Positions 25,822 to 33,584 of a stretch of DNA of 33,584 nt are shown piece after piece (position 1 is the stretch's first letter; each line of letters starts with the position of its first letter). The notes under the pieces are model-generated. The model was not told where the DNA came from. It saw nothing but the letters and a program-made list of their open reading frames with translations, and ran no database searches. Where the stretch lies: positions 1 through 33,584 of the forward strand of contig CAZRHI010000003.1 in assembly GCA_964599945.1 (NCBI GenBank), read 5' to 3'. The position numbers and the translations under genes are program-made. This stretch comes from an uncultured Acetobacter sp. Its GTDB lineage: Bacteria; Pseudomonadota; Alphaproteobacteria; RF32; CAG-239.

Positions 25822-27132
25822 ATGAAACAGTTTGGTTTAAGTTTAATACTTTGCCTCTTGGGGGGTATATGTGAGGCAAAGGTGGCGGATGTAGCCACCT
25901 TTAAGCTTGATAATGGGCTTGAGGTCGCTGTGATTGAAAATCACAAAGCTCCAGTTGTTTTGCAAATGTTATATTACAAAACTGGTTCGGTTAATGATCC
26001 TAAAGGTAAGGGAGGCATAGCGCACCTGCTCGAACATTTAATGTTTCGTGGAACAAAAAAAGTGCCAGATAAAGAATTTAATCGCCTAACAGATGAGCAT
26101 GGTGCGGAAAATAATGCTTATACAACTTATACAGAAACAGGATATTATGAATTTTCAGATATTTCCAAGTTGGAGTTGATGATGGCTCTAGAGGCAGATA
26201 GGATGAATAATCTCTCCATAAGCGATGAATCTTTTCGTACAGAAAGAGATATTGTTCTTCAGGAACGTCTCCAACGATTTGAGAGTAATCCCATTCCGTT
26301 GTTCTATGAAATAATACACAAACTTATATGGCAAGAACATCCCTTGGCAAATTCTGTAAGTGGAAGTGTAACAGAAATTAAGTCATTGCAAAAAGAAGAT
26401 GCGATACAATTTTATAAAAAGTGGTATGGACCAAATAATGCGTTGTTAGTTTTAGCAGGAGATATAACTCCTAGAGAAGCCAAAATCTTAGCCAAAAAAT
26501 ATTATGGTAAGATTGCTCCCAATCCTATGGTTGAATCACAGGAATATTCACCCTCTAAAGCAATGTCGGCAAACTTGTCTATGAAACGTAAAGGTGTAGA
26601 AGAGCCAAGGTTTATCTCTGCCATACGTTTAGATGCTCACACACTATCGAAAACAGAAAATATTGCGCTCAATCTGCTAGCGGAATATTTGGCAGGTGAT
26701 GACATATCATATTTGTCTGAAAGACTAATTTATACAGATAAAACCCTACTTTCTATTGATATAAGTACATCTTATGAAGATAATTTTGGAGGCGTGGTTT
26801 CAGTCTATGCAACTCCAGCAAAGCCTATAGAAGATTTTGTAACATTTGGAGAGATGCTTGAGAATGCAATAAAAGAGGGTGTAAAAGAGCTAACTACAGA
26901 AAAATTGGAAAAAATTAAAAATCGAATGCTAAGTGAGGCAATTTACTTGCAAGAAAATCCAGAAAGCTCTGCAAGATTTGTCGGAAATATGCTTTTAGCT
27001 GGTTTTACAAAAGAAGAAATTGAAAAGTATGATACAATGACGAAAGCAATAACTCTGGACGATGTGCAGAAAGTGTGGAACAAAATCATATCCGCCAAAG
27101 TAAATGTAAATGGTTACCTTAAAGGAGAGTAA
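25822..27132 (+). CDS. M16 (pitrilysin) family zinc peptidase, catalytic subunit
   Basis: It has a signal peptide. The inverted zinc motif is HLLEH in GGIAHLLEHLMFRGT, and the distal Glu lies in GAENNAYT. AAGGT SD precedes the start. Confidence 0.85.
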   Translation: MKQFGLSLILCLLGGICEAKVADVATFKLDNGLEVAVIENHKAPVVLQMLYYKTGSVNDPKGKGGIAHLLEHLMFRGTKKVPDKEFNRLTDEHGAENNAYTTYTETGYYEFSDISKLELMMALEADRMNNLSISDESFRTERDIVLQERLQRFESNPIPLFYEIIHKLIWQEHPLANSVSGSVTEIKSLQKEDAIQFYKKWYGPNNALLVLAGDITPREAKILAKKYYGKIAPNPMVESQEYSPSKAMSANLSMKRKGVEEPRFISAIRLDAHTLSKTENIALNLLAEYLAGDDISYLSERLIYTDKTLLSIDISTSYEDNFGGVVSVYATPAKPIEDFVTFGEMLENAIKEGVKELTTEKLEKIKNRMLSEAIYLQENPESSARFVGNMLLAGFTKEEIEKYDTMTKAITLDDVQKVWNKIISAKVNVNGYLKGE

Positions 27133-27133
27133 G

Positions 27134-28516
27134 ATGAAAAAAATATGGGGGGCTATGTTTTTGTTGGTGTTTTCGGCAGTGGGGCTTGCCAGTTGGCATG
27201 GACAGAAATTTAATGCGGAAAGAATTTTGACACAGTCCAAACTCAGTGGGAGAACATTTAAGGGTGAGGTTCAAGTCGTTTCTGCACTAGATGGTGCGGT
27301 TAGCGCATATTTAATGGAAGAACATAGTGTCCCACTAACGGCAATTTCTTTTGGTTTTGATAAAGCTGGCAGAGCGTATGAGGCAAAAGAGGGTGTGGCT
27401 ATACTAGCAGAAAGTGTGTTGCTAGACGGTGCAGGTCCATATTCTCGTCAAGAATTACGAGAGTTGATGTACGAAAAAGGGATAAAACTGGCGGTATCCG
27501 CTGAAAACGATAGATTATCTTTCTCATTAACATTTGTAAAAGAGTTTGAAAAAGAAGCACTAGACGTATTAAAGGCAGTGTTATATGCGCCACATCTTAA
27601 TAAAACAGACTTAGACCTAGCGCGACAACAATTATCTGTTGTGAAAAAACGCCAACAAGAAAACCCACAATATCAATTAGGGCAATTTGTTAAAGAAAAG
27701 TTTTATGGAAACCACCCTTACGGAAAAGATAGTATCCCAGATGATGATAAACTCCAATCAATAAACGAAAAAGATATTAGAGAGTACTTAAAAAACTTCA
27801 TGGCAAAAGATACACTTAAAGTTGGTGTGGCAGGCGATATGGATAAAGCGGAAACAGAAGCATTTCTAGCCCAAGCTTTTGCAGGTCTTGTTTCTAAAAG
27901 TGGTGCGAAAGAGCTACCAGAATTAAATTTATCGTATGATGAAGATATAGAAACAATGTTGGTACCAAACTCTGCGCAAAGCTTTGTGATGATGACGACC
28001 TTAGGTGTGAAGCGATTAGATGAAGATTTTTATCCGCTATATGTGGCAGACTATATTTTAGGCGGTTCAGGGCTTTCTTCCAGATTAAATCAAGGTATAC
28101 GAGAAAAAGAAGGTTTGACCTATGGAATATATAGTTATTTTTCAAACTCAGACCGAGCGGATTTATGGCAAATTTATTTTTCCGCTACACCAGAAAATGC
28201 AGAAAAAGCTTTAGCAAGCGCGCAAAAGCTATATGCTGAGTTTTATGAAAACGGTATAACTTTTCAAGAGCTTGAGCAAGCAAAAAAAGGATTGTTAAAC
28301 TCGTTTAATTTGCGATTCTCTAGTTTAATGAATATCGCAGAGATGTTAGAACAAATGCAAGTGCAAAACTTGGGAGCGGATTTTCTTAAACAAAGACAAG
28401 CCACAGTTCAATCAATTACTCTCGAATCGGTAAACGATGCAATACGTCGTCGAATGCCAACATCTTTAACATCTAAAGGAAAAACGAGAGTGTTTATTGC
28501 TCAAGGGGCAAAATAG
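27134..28516 (+). CDS. M16 family peptidase-like protein, non-catalytic partner
   Basis: It has the same fold and length as the catalytic neighbour, but the zinc site reads GVAILAESVLLDG, so both His residues of HxxEH are lost. It has a signal peptide (MKKIWGAMFLLVFSAVGLA). AGGAGA precedes ATG 27134, which lies 1 nt after the upstream stop. The track start at 27110 overlaps the upstream gene. Confidence 0.75.
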   Translation: MKKIWGAMFLLVFSAVGLASWHGQKFNAERILTQSKLSGRTFKGEVQVVSALDGAVSAYLMEEHSVPLTAISFGFDKAGRAYEAKEGVAILAESVLLDGAGPYSRQELRELMYEKGIKLAVSAENDRLSFSLTFVKEFEKEALDVLKAVLYAPHLNKTDLDLARQQLSVVKKRQQENPQYQLGQFVKEKFYGNHPYGKDSIPDDDKLQSINEKDIREYLKNFMAKDTLKVGVAGDMDKAETEAFLAQAFAGLVSKSGAKELPELNLSYDEDIETMLVPNSAQSFVMMTTLGVKRLDEDFYPLYVADYILGGSGLSSRLNQGIREKEGLTYGIYSYFSNSDRADLWQIYFSATPENAEKALASAQKLYAEFYENGITFQELEQAKKGLLNSFNLRFSSLMNIAEMLEQMQVQNLGADFLKQRQATVQSITLESVNDAIRRRMPTSLTSKGKTRVFIAQGAK

Positions 28517-28605
28517 GAAAAAATTTATCCTTATACGAAAAATTAACGATATATGGTGTCTAATATTCTTGATATATTAAATGACAACGGAAGGTGCAAT
28601 AAATA

Positions 28606-28932
28606 ATGAATACCTTAAACGATATAATGGATAAATTAAAAAAGTCTGGTTTGTTGATAGTTTTTGGCATTCTTTCTTTTTATTTTACGATTAACGCAAT
28701 TAAAGGAAATCGTGGCTTTTTTAAATATTTATATCTAAAAGGAAAAGTAGAAATAGCTTTGCAAGAACGCGCAAAATATGCACAAATAAAAAAGGATTTA
28801 GAACATAAAGTTGCGATGTTATCAGAAAGTACATTGGATTTGGATTATCTTGAGGAACGTGCGCGAATTGTGTTAAATATGGTAGGGGAGAATGAATATA
28901 TCGTTCTTGATAAAGATATTGATAAAAATTAA
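28606..28932 (+). CDS. ftsB: septum formation initiator (FtsB/DivIC family)
   Basis: 108 aa. It has one N-terminal TM (GLLIVFGILSFYFTINAI) followed by GNRGFFKYLYLK and a coiled coil. It ends with DYLEERARIVLNMVGENEYIV, which is typical of the family. Confidence 0.7.
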   Translation: MNTLNDIMDKLKKSGLLIVFGILSFYFTINAIKGNRGFFKYLYLKGKVEIALQERAKYAQIKKDLEHKVAMLSESTLDLDYLEERARIVLNMVGENEYIVLDKDIDKN

Positions 28933-29029
28933 AAACAGTTTGTCATTTAAAAATATCTGGTGTAAATATCACTGAGTTATATAAAGGGAAACTTGAAGTA
29001 ACTTGATACTAATAGAACGGAATTTTTAA

Positions 29030-30256
29030 TTGAGGTATAATAGATATTCAAAAAGGCTAAAGCCAGTCAAATACCAAGCTTCAGAAGATAGACAGCTGTT
29101 TTCTGAAAAAGAATTTATTATCCGCTCTAATGGTAAAATGAAAATTTTTAAGATTTCGCCCCAACTTCAATGGGGTGTGTTTGTAGTTATGCTTGCGGTG
29201 GCAATCTGGGGGGCGTATTCTTATCGGATGTATAGTGTTTCAGATCGTATAATTTCTTATCAAGAACGGAAGTTAGATGAAACAAGAAGCGCATATGTAG
29301 ATTTGATGAGTGATTTTGTGAGTGTTCATAAAAATATTAGTTCAATGGTTGAGGTTTTGGGTCATCCGTCAGAGCAACATTCAGAAAGTTTAGATGAATA
29401 TTTAAAAAAAGCGGAAGTAATCGAACAGCGGATTCGCCAAATCACAGCTAATGAAGATTGGATAAATGAGAAGGATTTAAATCGTAAGAATGCGGTAAAA
29501 GAAGCGATCATCAGCCGAGATGTTGCGATTGAAGAGAAAAATCTCCTAGAAGAAAAAGTAAAACATCTAGAAGAGGTAGTTCGCTCTCTACAAGCTTTTG
29601 AATTGGATTTGTTGCAAAAGGTGGAAACTGTTTCGAATAAAGAAATAGAAAAAATCAAAGGGTCAATTTCCGTGGTTAATGGAGAGTTAAAAAAACGCGG
29701 AAAATATTTTAATCCTTTGGCAAATTCTAAAAAGAACAATCGTGGGGGCGTGTTTGTGCCAGATAGTGTGGCAATAGGGCTGAATCAAGAAGTTTTAGAA
29801 CAAGCACAAAAAGCCTATTTGGCAGTAGATGATATTAGATACTACCAAGACGCGATGAAAAAGATACCATTAGGCAAACCAGTTTGGACATACTGGTTGT
29901 CTTCTGCTTTTGGTAAACGTTCAGACCCATTTAACGCTAAAAGTGCAACCCATAAAGGGGTGGATTTGGCATCTAATAAAGGTAATAAAATAAAAAGTAT
30001 GGCCGAAGGGAAAGTAACACGCGCAGGAACAAATGGTGGTTATGGGAAAATGGTTGAAATTGATCATGGAAATGGTTTCAAAACAAAGTATGCGCACATG
30101 AATACTATTTATGTAAAAACAGGGCAACTTATCTCGCAGGGTGAAACAATAGGGGAAGTTGGCTCAACAGGTCGTTCGACAGGACCTCATCTGCATTATG
30201 AAATATTATATGAGGGGGTTAATCTAAACCCAATGGTATTTATCAAAGCAAAATAG
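29030..30256 (+). CDS. M23 (LytM-type) metallopeptidase with a cytoplasmic tail, a TM segment and a coiled coil
   Basis: The C-terminal domain has an intact HxxxD (HKGVD) and HxH (HLHYE), plus GYGKMVEIDHGNGFKTKYAH. There is one TM (WGVFVVMLAVAIWGAY) and a long coiled coil. The start is uncertain: TTG 29030 or ATG 29138. A TATAAT at 29036-29041 would favour the later start. Confidence 0.85.
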   Translation: MRYNRYSKRLKPVKYQASEDRQLFSEKEFIIRSNGKMKIFKISPQLQWGVFVVMLAVAIWGAYSYRMYSVSDRIISYQERKLDETRSAYVDLMSDFVSVHKNISSMVEVLGHPSEQHSESLDEYLKKAEVIEQRIRQITANEDWINEKDLNRKNAVKEAIISRDVAIEEKNLLEEKVKHLEEVVRSLQAFELDLLQKVETVSNKEIEKIKGSISVVNGELKKRGKYFNPLANSKKNNRGGVFVPDSVAIGLNQEVLEQAQKAYLAVDDIRYYQDAMKKIPLGKPVWTYWLSSAFGKRSDPFNAKSATHKGVDLASNKGNKIKSMAEGKVTRAGTNGGYGKMVEIDHGNGFKTKYAHMNTIYVKTGQLISQGETIGEVGSTGRSTGPHLHYEILYEGVNLNPMVFIKAK

Positions 30257-30275
30257 TTTTATTAGGAGAGAGTTG

Positions 30276-30659
30276 ATGAGAAAGCTGAGACGAGTAATGT
30301 TTCTAAAGGTGGCAAGGTTTATAAAGGGTGAGAAAAACATTGTTCCGTGCATTATCAGCACAGGCACGAAAATTGTTGGAAATATCACGGAAGGCGATGT
30401 GATTCATATTGACGGCCATATTGAAGGCGATATTTCATGTAAAGAACTCGTAATTGGTACTCAAGGAAGCATCGTAGGCAATGTTTCAGCCAAGAGTGTG
30501 GAATTATATGGCGAATTAAATGGAACATTAAAAGTCGAAAATTTATTTATCGCGGGAACTGCAAAATTTGTTGGTGATTCAACATATAAAACAATAGCGA
30601 TTGAACCAGGAGCCGTATTAGAGGGGAAATGCTCGGTTCGTAACATTGAAGGGCAATAG
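30276..30659 (+). CDS. bactofilin (polymer-forming cytoskeletal protein, DUF583)
   Basis: It shows the typical beta-helical repeat: GTKIVGNITEGDVIHIDGHIEGDISCKELVIGTQGSIVGNVSAKSVELYGELNGTLKVENLFIAGTAKFVGD. AGGAGAG at 30264-30270 precedes ATG 30276. Confidence 0.85.
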   Translation: MRKLRRVMFLKVARFIKGEKNIVPCIISTGTKIVGNITEGDVIHIDGHIEGDISCKELVIGTQGSIVGNVSAKSVELYGELNGTLKVENLFIAGTAKFVGDSTYKTIAIEPGAVLEGKCSVRNIEGQ

Positions 30660-30703
30660 CTCCTTTTAAACAGTCAAATAGTGTTATCAAAAAGAGGGAT
30701 AAT

Positions 30704-33352
30704 ATGAAAAAAGCGATTATATTAGGTGGTGTATTAACAGTGGCAGCACTTGGTGGTGGGTATTACTTCGTACAAAATAGTCAGCCCAATGAGCTAGCTA
30801 TATATTGGGATGGTAAAGCAGAATTAAACCAAAAAGGAACAGACGGAAATTTACCACTAATCAAAGCTGTTCAGGCAGATGACATAATTGCTGTGCAAAC
30901 ATTGTTAGCCAAAGGGGCAGATGTGGATATTGCTAATGCATCTGGGCAAAATGCGGTTGATGTTGCACTTGAAAAAGGAAATGGAGCAATATTTAAATTA
31001 GTTGCTGAAAAAAGCAAGGCGGATTTTAAAGACATCAAGTTTTTAACAAAAGCATTAGAAGGGGAAAGCCCAGACATTGTGGAGGCATTATTAAAAAAAG
31101 GAGCAGATGTTAATGCTATATTGCAATTTAATGGGAGAAAACGCGCTGAAGATGTCCTAAACTATAAAGATCCCAGAGTAATCACACCGCTTAAAAAAGC
31201 CGTTGAAGAAAATAAACCAGAAATGGTAAGCGTTTTAGCCAAAAATGGGGCTGAGGGCGTGGTTGATTTTTTAATTGAGCAAGTGCGCACCGCGTCATTA
31301 GAAATGGTAAAAGCTCTAGGCGAAAACGCAGGAGATTTGCGTAAAATAACGGCAAAAGGGACAGATTTATTATCATATTCTGCTATAGAAGCCAAACCCG
31401 AAGTCTTAGCTTATTTGCTTTCTAAAAATGCAGGAGATGCAAATAAATCATTAAATCGTATTATAGCTCAACGCAAGTCTGATAATGCGTATGAAGAAGC
31501 TGTCGAGATGTTTATAAAAGCTGGTGCAATGCCTTCTTCGACAGTAATAGAATTGATGGTTAAGAAGCAAAAAACAGAAATGTTCAAAAAGCTTGCGAGT
31601 TGTTATAAAGATCCTAATGTGAAATTAGATAATAATGATGAAGATTTATTTATGTATGCTACGCGCAAAGGAAAGCTAGATACTGCGGAATGGTTATTAG
31701 ATAAAGGGGCGGATATGTGGAAAGAATATTCCAATGGGATAACCCCTCTAAAAACATCTGTAAACTTTGCTAATGAAAATCCTGAGATGTTGGAGCTATT
31801 TGAACAAAGGTTAAAAGATGTTAATGAAACAGGTTATAATGGAGAAACTTTGTTAATGCTCTTTGCACAAAATGGAGATTTTGAAAATTTTGAGCGTATA
31901 ATGAACAAAGGTGGAAATATCTGGCAGAAAGATAATAATGGAAAAACTGTTTTGATGTATGCAGCCGAAGGTGGAAACAAGCGGATTATGAATTATCTAA
32001 TTTTTAAGGGAGATAATATCAATGCAAAAGATAATTATGGTAGAACAGCATTGATGTATGCATCTAAAAAAGGACAGACAGAGATAATAAAGTTAATGGA
32101 AACAAAGGGAGCTAATGTAACCGATAGCGATGATGATGGCAAAACAGCCATAATGTATGCCGCAGAGCATGGACAAGCTGAAGCTGTGGCAATGTTAATA
32201 AACATGGGAGAGAGCGCATCAAACGCAGATAATAAGGGACGCACAGTTTTAATGTATGCTGCATTGGGCGGAAGTAAACCAGCTGTGGAAACACTTCTTC
32301 TTAAAGGCGTGGATGTTCAGGCTATTGATAACGATTCTAAATCTGTGTTAATGTATGCCGTAGAGGGGAAAAATGAAGAAATTGCCAATAGACTTATCCG
32401 TAAGGGGGCAAACATCTTTTCAATAGATAAAAATGGATATACAGCAGAAATGTACGCATTGCTACAAGGTGATGAAAAGATGTATAACCGTGTAAAACCA
32501 ACAATAACAAATGCTAGGATACAAGCTCAAGGCGATGGCAAATCATTAGGTATTTTGGCTTTTGAAGGGGGAAATATTGATTTAGTCAAACAAACCTTAA
32601 AGCAATATAAGCAAACGTTAAACTTGCCAGATGAAGAGGGTAAAACGTTTATGATGATGATAGCAGGAGAGGGGCGTCCTGAAACAGTACGAGAAGCCAT
32701 TATGAAGCAAGGCGACATACGAAAAGCGGATAATCATGGTAAAACAGTGTTAATGTATGCAGCCGAAAAAAGTGTTGGAGTAAATTTAATTAGTATCTTA
32801 AAAGCTATTACTCAAAAAAAAGGTGAAGACCTTAATCTAGCAGATGAAAACGGCATAACCGCATTGATGTATGCAGTTGGCTATAAAAATAACCAATCAG
32901 TTAAAGGGCATATGTTAATGACCAATGGCGCAGATGCGTCAGCCAAAGATAAAAATGGCAAAACGGTATTGATGTATGCGGTGGGAAATCCATATAATAA
33001 AGTAGATATCCAAAGCGTTGGTGAAATTATAGAGCGCGCAGGGGAAGTTGATTTATCAGATAATGACGGCAAAACCGCGTTGATGTATGCTTCTGCAAAT
33101 AAAAATGCTGATGTAAATATAATAATAGATTTAATAAATGCAGGTGCTTCAGTAAATGCTAAGGATAAAAGAGGCAAAACGGTATTGATGTATGCAATGG
33201 AAAGTGCAGACATTAGTAAAGTTCGCGTTTTATTAGCAGCAGGGGCAAACCCTGAAGGTACAACCGAAGATAATAAAACCGCTAAAGATTTTATCAATCC
33301 AGATCTGTTGTGCTTTAAGGACGTAGCAGAAAGTGTTTTACAAAAAAAATAA
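30704..33352 (+). CDS. 882-aa ankyrin-repeat protein with an N-terminal signal peptide or anchor
   Basis: The N-terminus reads MKKAIILGGVLTVAALGGGYYFV. At least 20 ANK-like units of about 33 aa follow. Fifteen units carry the variant core G(K/R)T.LMYA....G.......L...GA.....D. That core falls at aa 317, 385, 417, 450, 483, 516, 549, 582, 617, 649, 683, 721, 756, 793 and 829. AGAGGGA SD precedes the start. Confidence 0.9.
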   Translation: MKKAIILGGVLTVAALGGGYYFVQNSQPNELAIYWDGKAELNQKGTDGNLPLIKAVQADDIIAVQTLLAKGADVDIANASGQNAVDVALEKGNGAIFKLVAEKSKADFKDIKFLTKALEGESPDIVEALLKKGADVNAILQFNGRKRAEDVLNYKDPRVITPLKKAVEENKPEMVSVLAKNGAEGVVDFLIEQVRTASLEMVKALGENAGDLRKITAKGTDLLSYSAIEAKPEVLAYLLSKNAGDANKSLNRIIAQRKSDNAYEEAVEMFIKAGAMPSSTVIELMVKKQKTEMFKKLASCYKDPNVKLDNNDEDLFMYATRKGKLDTAEWLLDKGADMWKEYSNGITPLKTSVNFANENPEMLELFEQRLKDVNETGYNGETLLMLFAQNGDFENFERIMNKGGNIWQKDNNGKTVLMYAAEGGNKRIMNYLIFKGDNINAKDNYGRTALMYASKKGQTEIIKLMETKGANVTDSDDDGKTAIMYAAEHGQAEAVAMLINMGESASNADNKGRTVLMYAALGGSKPAVETLLLKGVDVQAIDNDSKSVLMYAVEGKNEEIANRLIRKGANIFSIDKNGYTAEMYALLQGDEKMYNRVKPTITNARIQAQGDGKSLGILAFEGGNIDLVKQTLKQYKQTLNLPDEEGKTFMMMIAGEGRPETVREAIMKQGDIRKADNHGKTVLMYAAEKSVGVNLISILKAITQKKGEDLNLADENGITALMYAVGYKNNQSVKGHMLMTNGADASAKDKNGKTVLMYAVGNPYNKVDIQSVGEIIERAGEVDLSDNDGKTALMYASANKNADVNIIIDLINAGASVNAKDKRGKTVLMYAMESADISKVRVLLAAGANPEGTTEDNKTAKDFINPDLLCFKDVAESVLQKK
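31835..33223 (+). repeat. densest run of in-frame 99-nt ankyrin repeat units
   Basis: The string (t/a)t(g/a)atgtatgc recurs at intervals of about 99 nt, for example near 31952, 32051, 32150, 32249 and 32348. On the opposite strand this periodicity creates a spurious 175-aa ORF with recurring AYIN(A/T)VLP. Confidence 0.85.
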
Positions 33353-33402
33353 TTCTTAAAAAAGCAGATATGAGAAAAACTAAAAATAAATAAAAAAAAC
33401 TC

Positions 33403-33430
33403 TTGCAAATTAAATATTTTACGCTATAAA
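33403..33430 (+). promoter_or_regulatory. sigma70-like promoter for the downstream leader and gene
   Basis: TTGCAA at 33403-33408, a 16-nt spacer, then TATAAA at 33425-33430. The sequence immediately downstream switches from very AT-rich to roughly 50% GC. Confidence 0.45.
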
Positions 33431-33436
33431 GACTCG

Positions 33437-33581
33437 CGAATGGGCAATCCCGCCGATTCATAATTCACACGCAAGTCAGGCGTCGGTCTTAGAGTTTAAG
33501 GCTTCACGCTCCGGTGCTTAAAAGAGATTTTAAGTTTTTAAGGCTTGCGGAGGTTTAACTGGAAAATAAGGAAAAATAAAT
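33437..33581 (+). promoter_or_regulatory. candidate structured 5' leader (riboswitch or attenuator-like; class unknown) ahead of a CDS starting at ATG 33582
   Basis: A GC-rich island at about 33437-33520 sits in an otherwise AT-rich intergenic region. A terminator-like hairpin, CTTAAAA(GAGA)TTTTAAG at 33517-33534, is followed by T5 at 33535-33539. A competing pairing joins TTTAAG (33495-33500) to CTTAAA (33517-33522). AAGGA at 33568-33572 lies 9 nt before ATG 33582. Confidence 0.35.
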
Positions 33582-33584
33582 ATG

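Noticed and set aside
32881-33408. 175-aa minus-strand ORF inside the ankyrin gene, with recurring AYIN(A/T)VLP strings. Shorter antisense ORFs also lie at 30871-31077, 31162-31395, 32035-32294 and 32527-32718.
   Set aside because: It is the reverse-complement echo of the periodic GKT.LMYA repeats. It has no SD, it is fully embedded in a far longer and well-supported plus-strand gene, and its composition is low-complexity.
33437-33520. Possible match of the GC-rich leader to c-di-GMP-I (GGGCAAUCC / ACGCAAGUC), to a tmRNA T-arm (GGGCAATCCCGCC) or to SRP RNA (GTCAGGCG).
   Set aside because: Only short strings resemble these. The helix arrangement, loop sizes (a 4-nt loop rather than a 7-nt T-loop) and the remaining conserved positions do not fit any of these models from memory.
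1-33584. Search for CRISPR arrays, tRNA or rRNA genes, IS elements, integrases, toxin-antitoxin pairs and recognisable defence-system genes.
   Set aside because: I saw no direct-repeat/spacer arrays, cloverleaf-like sequences, inverted terminal repeats or transposase/integrase/nuclease motifs on either strand.

Overview
The window is AT-rich (about one-third GC by eye), densely coding bacterial chromosome. I found no tRNA or rRNA genes, CRISPR arrays, transposases, integrases or phage genes. Gene content and order suggest a host-associated alphaproteobacterium, possibly Rickettsiales- or Holosporales-like; this is an inference. The supporting signs are the nuoL/M/N-birA-RNase J order, an lspA-small lipoprotein-paired M16 peptidase block, ftsB, an M23 peptidase-bactofilin pair, and a very large ankyrin-repeat protein.

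Layout:
- 87-8412 (+): a tightly packed operon. It holds a small soluble ORF, three NuoL/M/N-like antiporter-type membrane proteins, birA, rnj and an LD-carboxypeptidase. It ends at a bidirectional terminator.
- 8473-12787 (-): an MFS transporter plus two exported proteins that together carry three CgeB-like (Glyco_trans_1_2) modules.
- 12910-16219 (+): a Cys-rich DUF1847-like protein, a membrane-anchored glycosyltransferase and an ABC-F ATPase.
- 16338-17387 (+): an orphan membrane protein with its own promoter and terminator.
- 17445-19335 (-): two DsbA-like paralogs.
- 19500-22738 (+): a DUF47/PhoU-like protein, a PiT transporter and a GT-C-like membrane protein.
- 22877-24865 (-): parE.
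- 25109-33352 (+): lspA, a 55-aa lipoprotein absent from the ORF track, an active plus an inactive M16 peptidase, ftsB, an M23 peptidase, a bactofilin and an 882-aa ankyrin protein.
- 33403-33584: a promoter and an unusually GC-rich leader with mutually exclusive hairpins.

Best candidates for something undescribed:
1. The NuoL/M/N-like trio sits at the ancestral locus. It is intact as ORFs, but its proton-pathway motifs appear eroded and no nuoK/J lies directly upstream.
2. The MFS operon encodes Sec-signal-bearing, triplicated CgeB-like glycosyltransferase modules.
3. The GC-rich leader at the 3' end.

All family calls come from motif recognition by eye and need HMM or structure confirmation.
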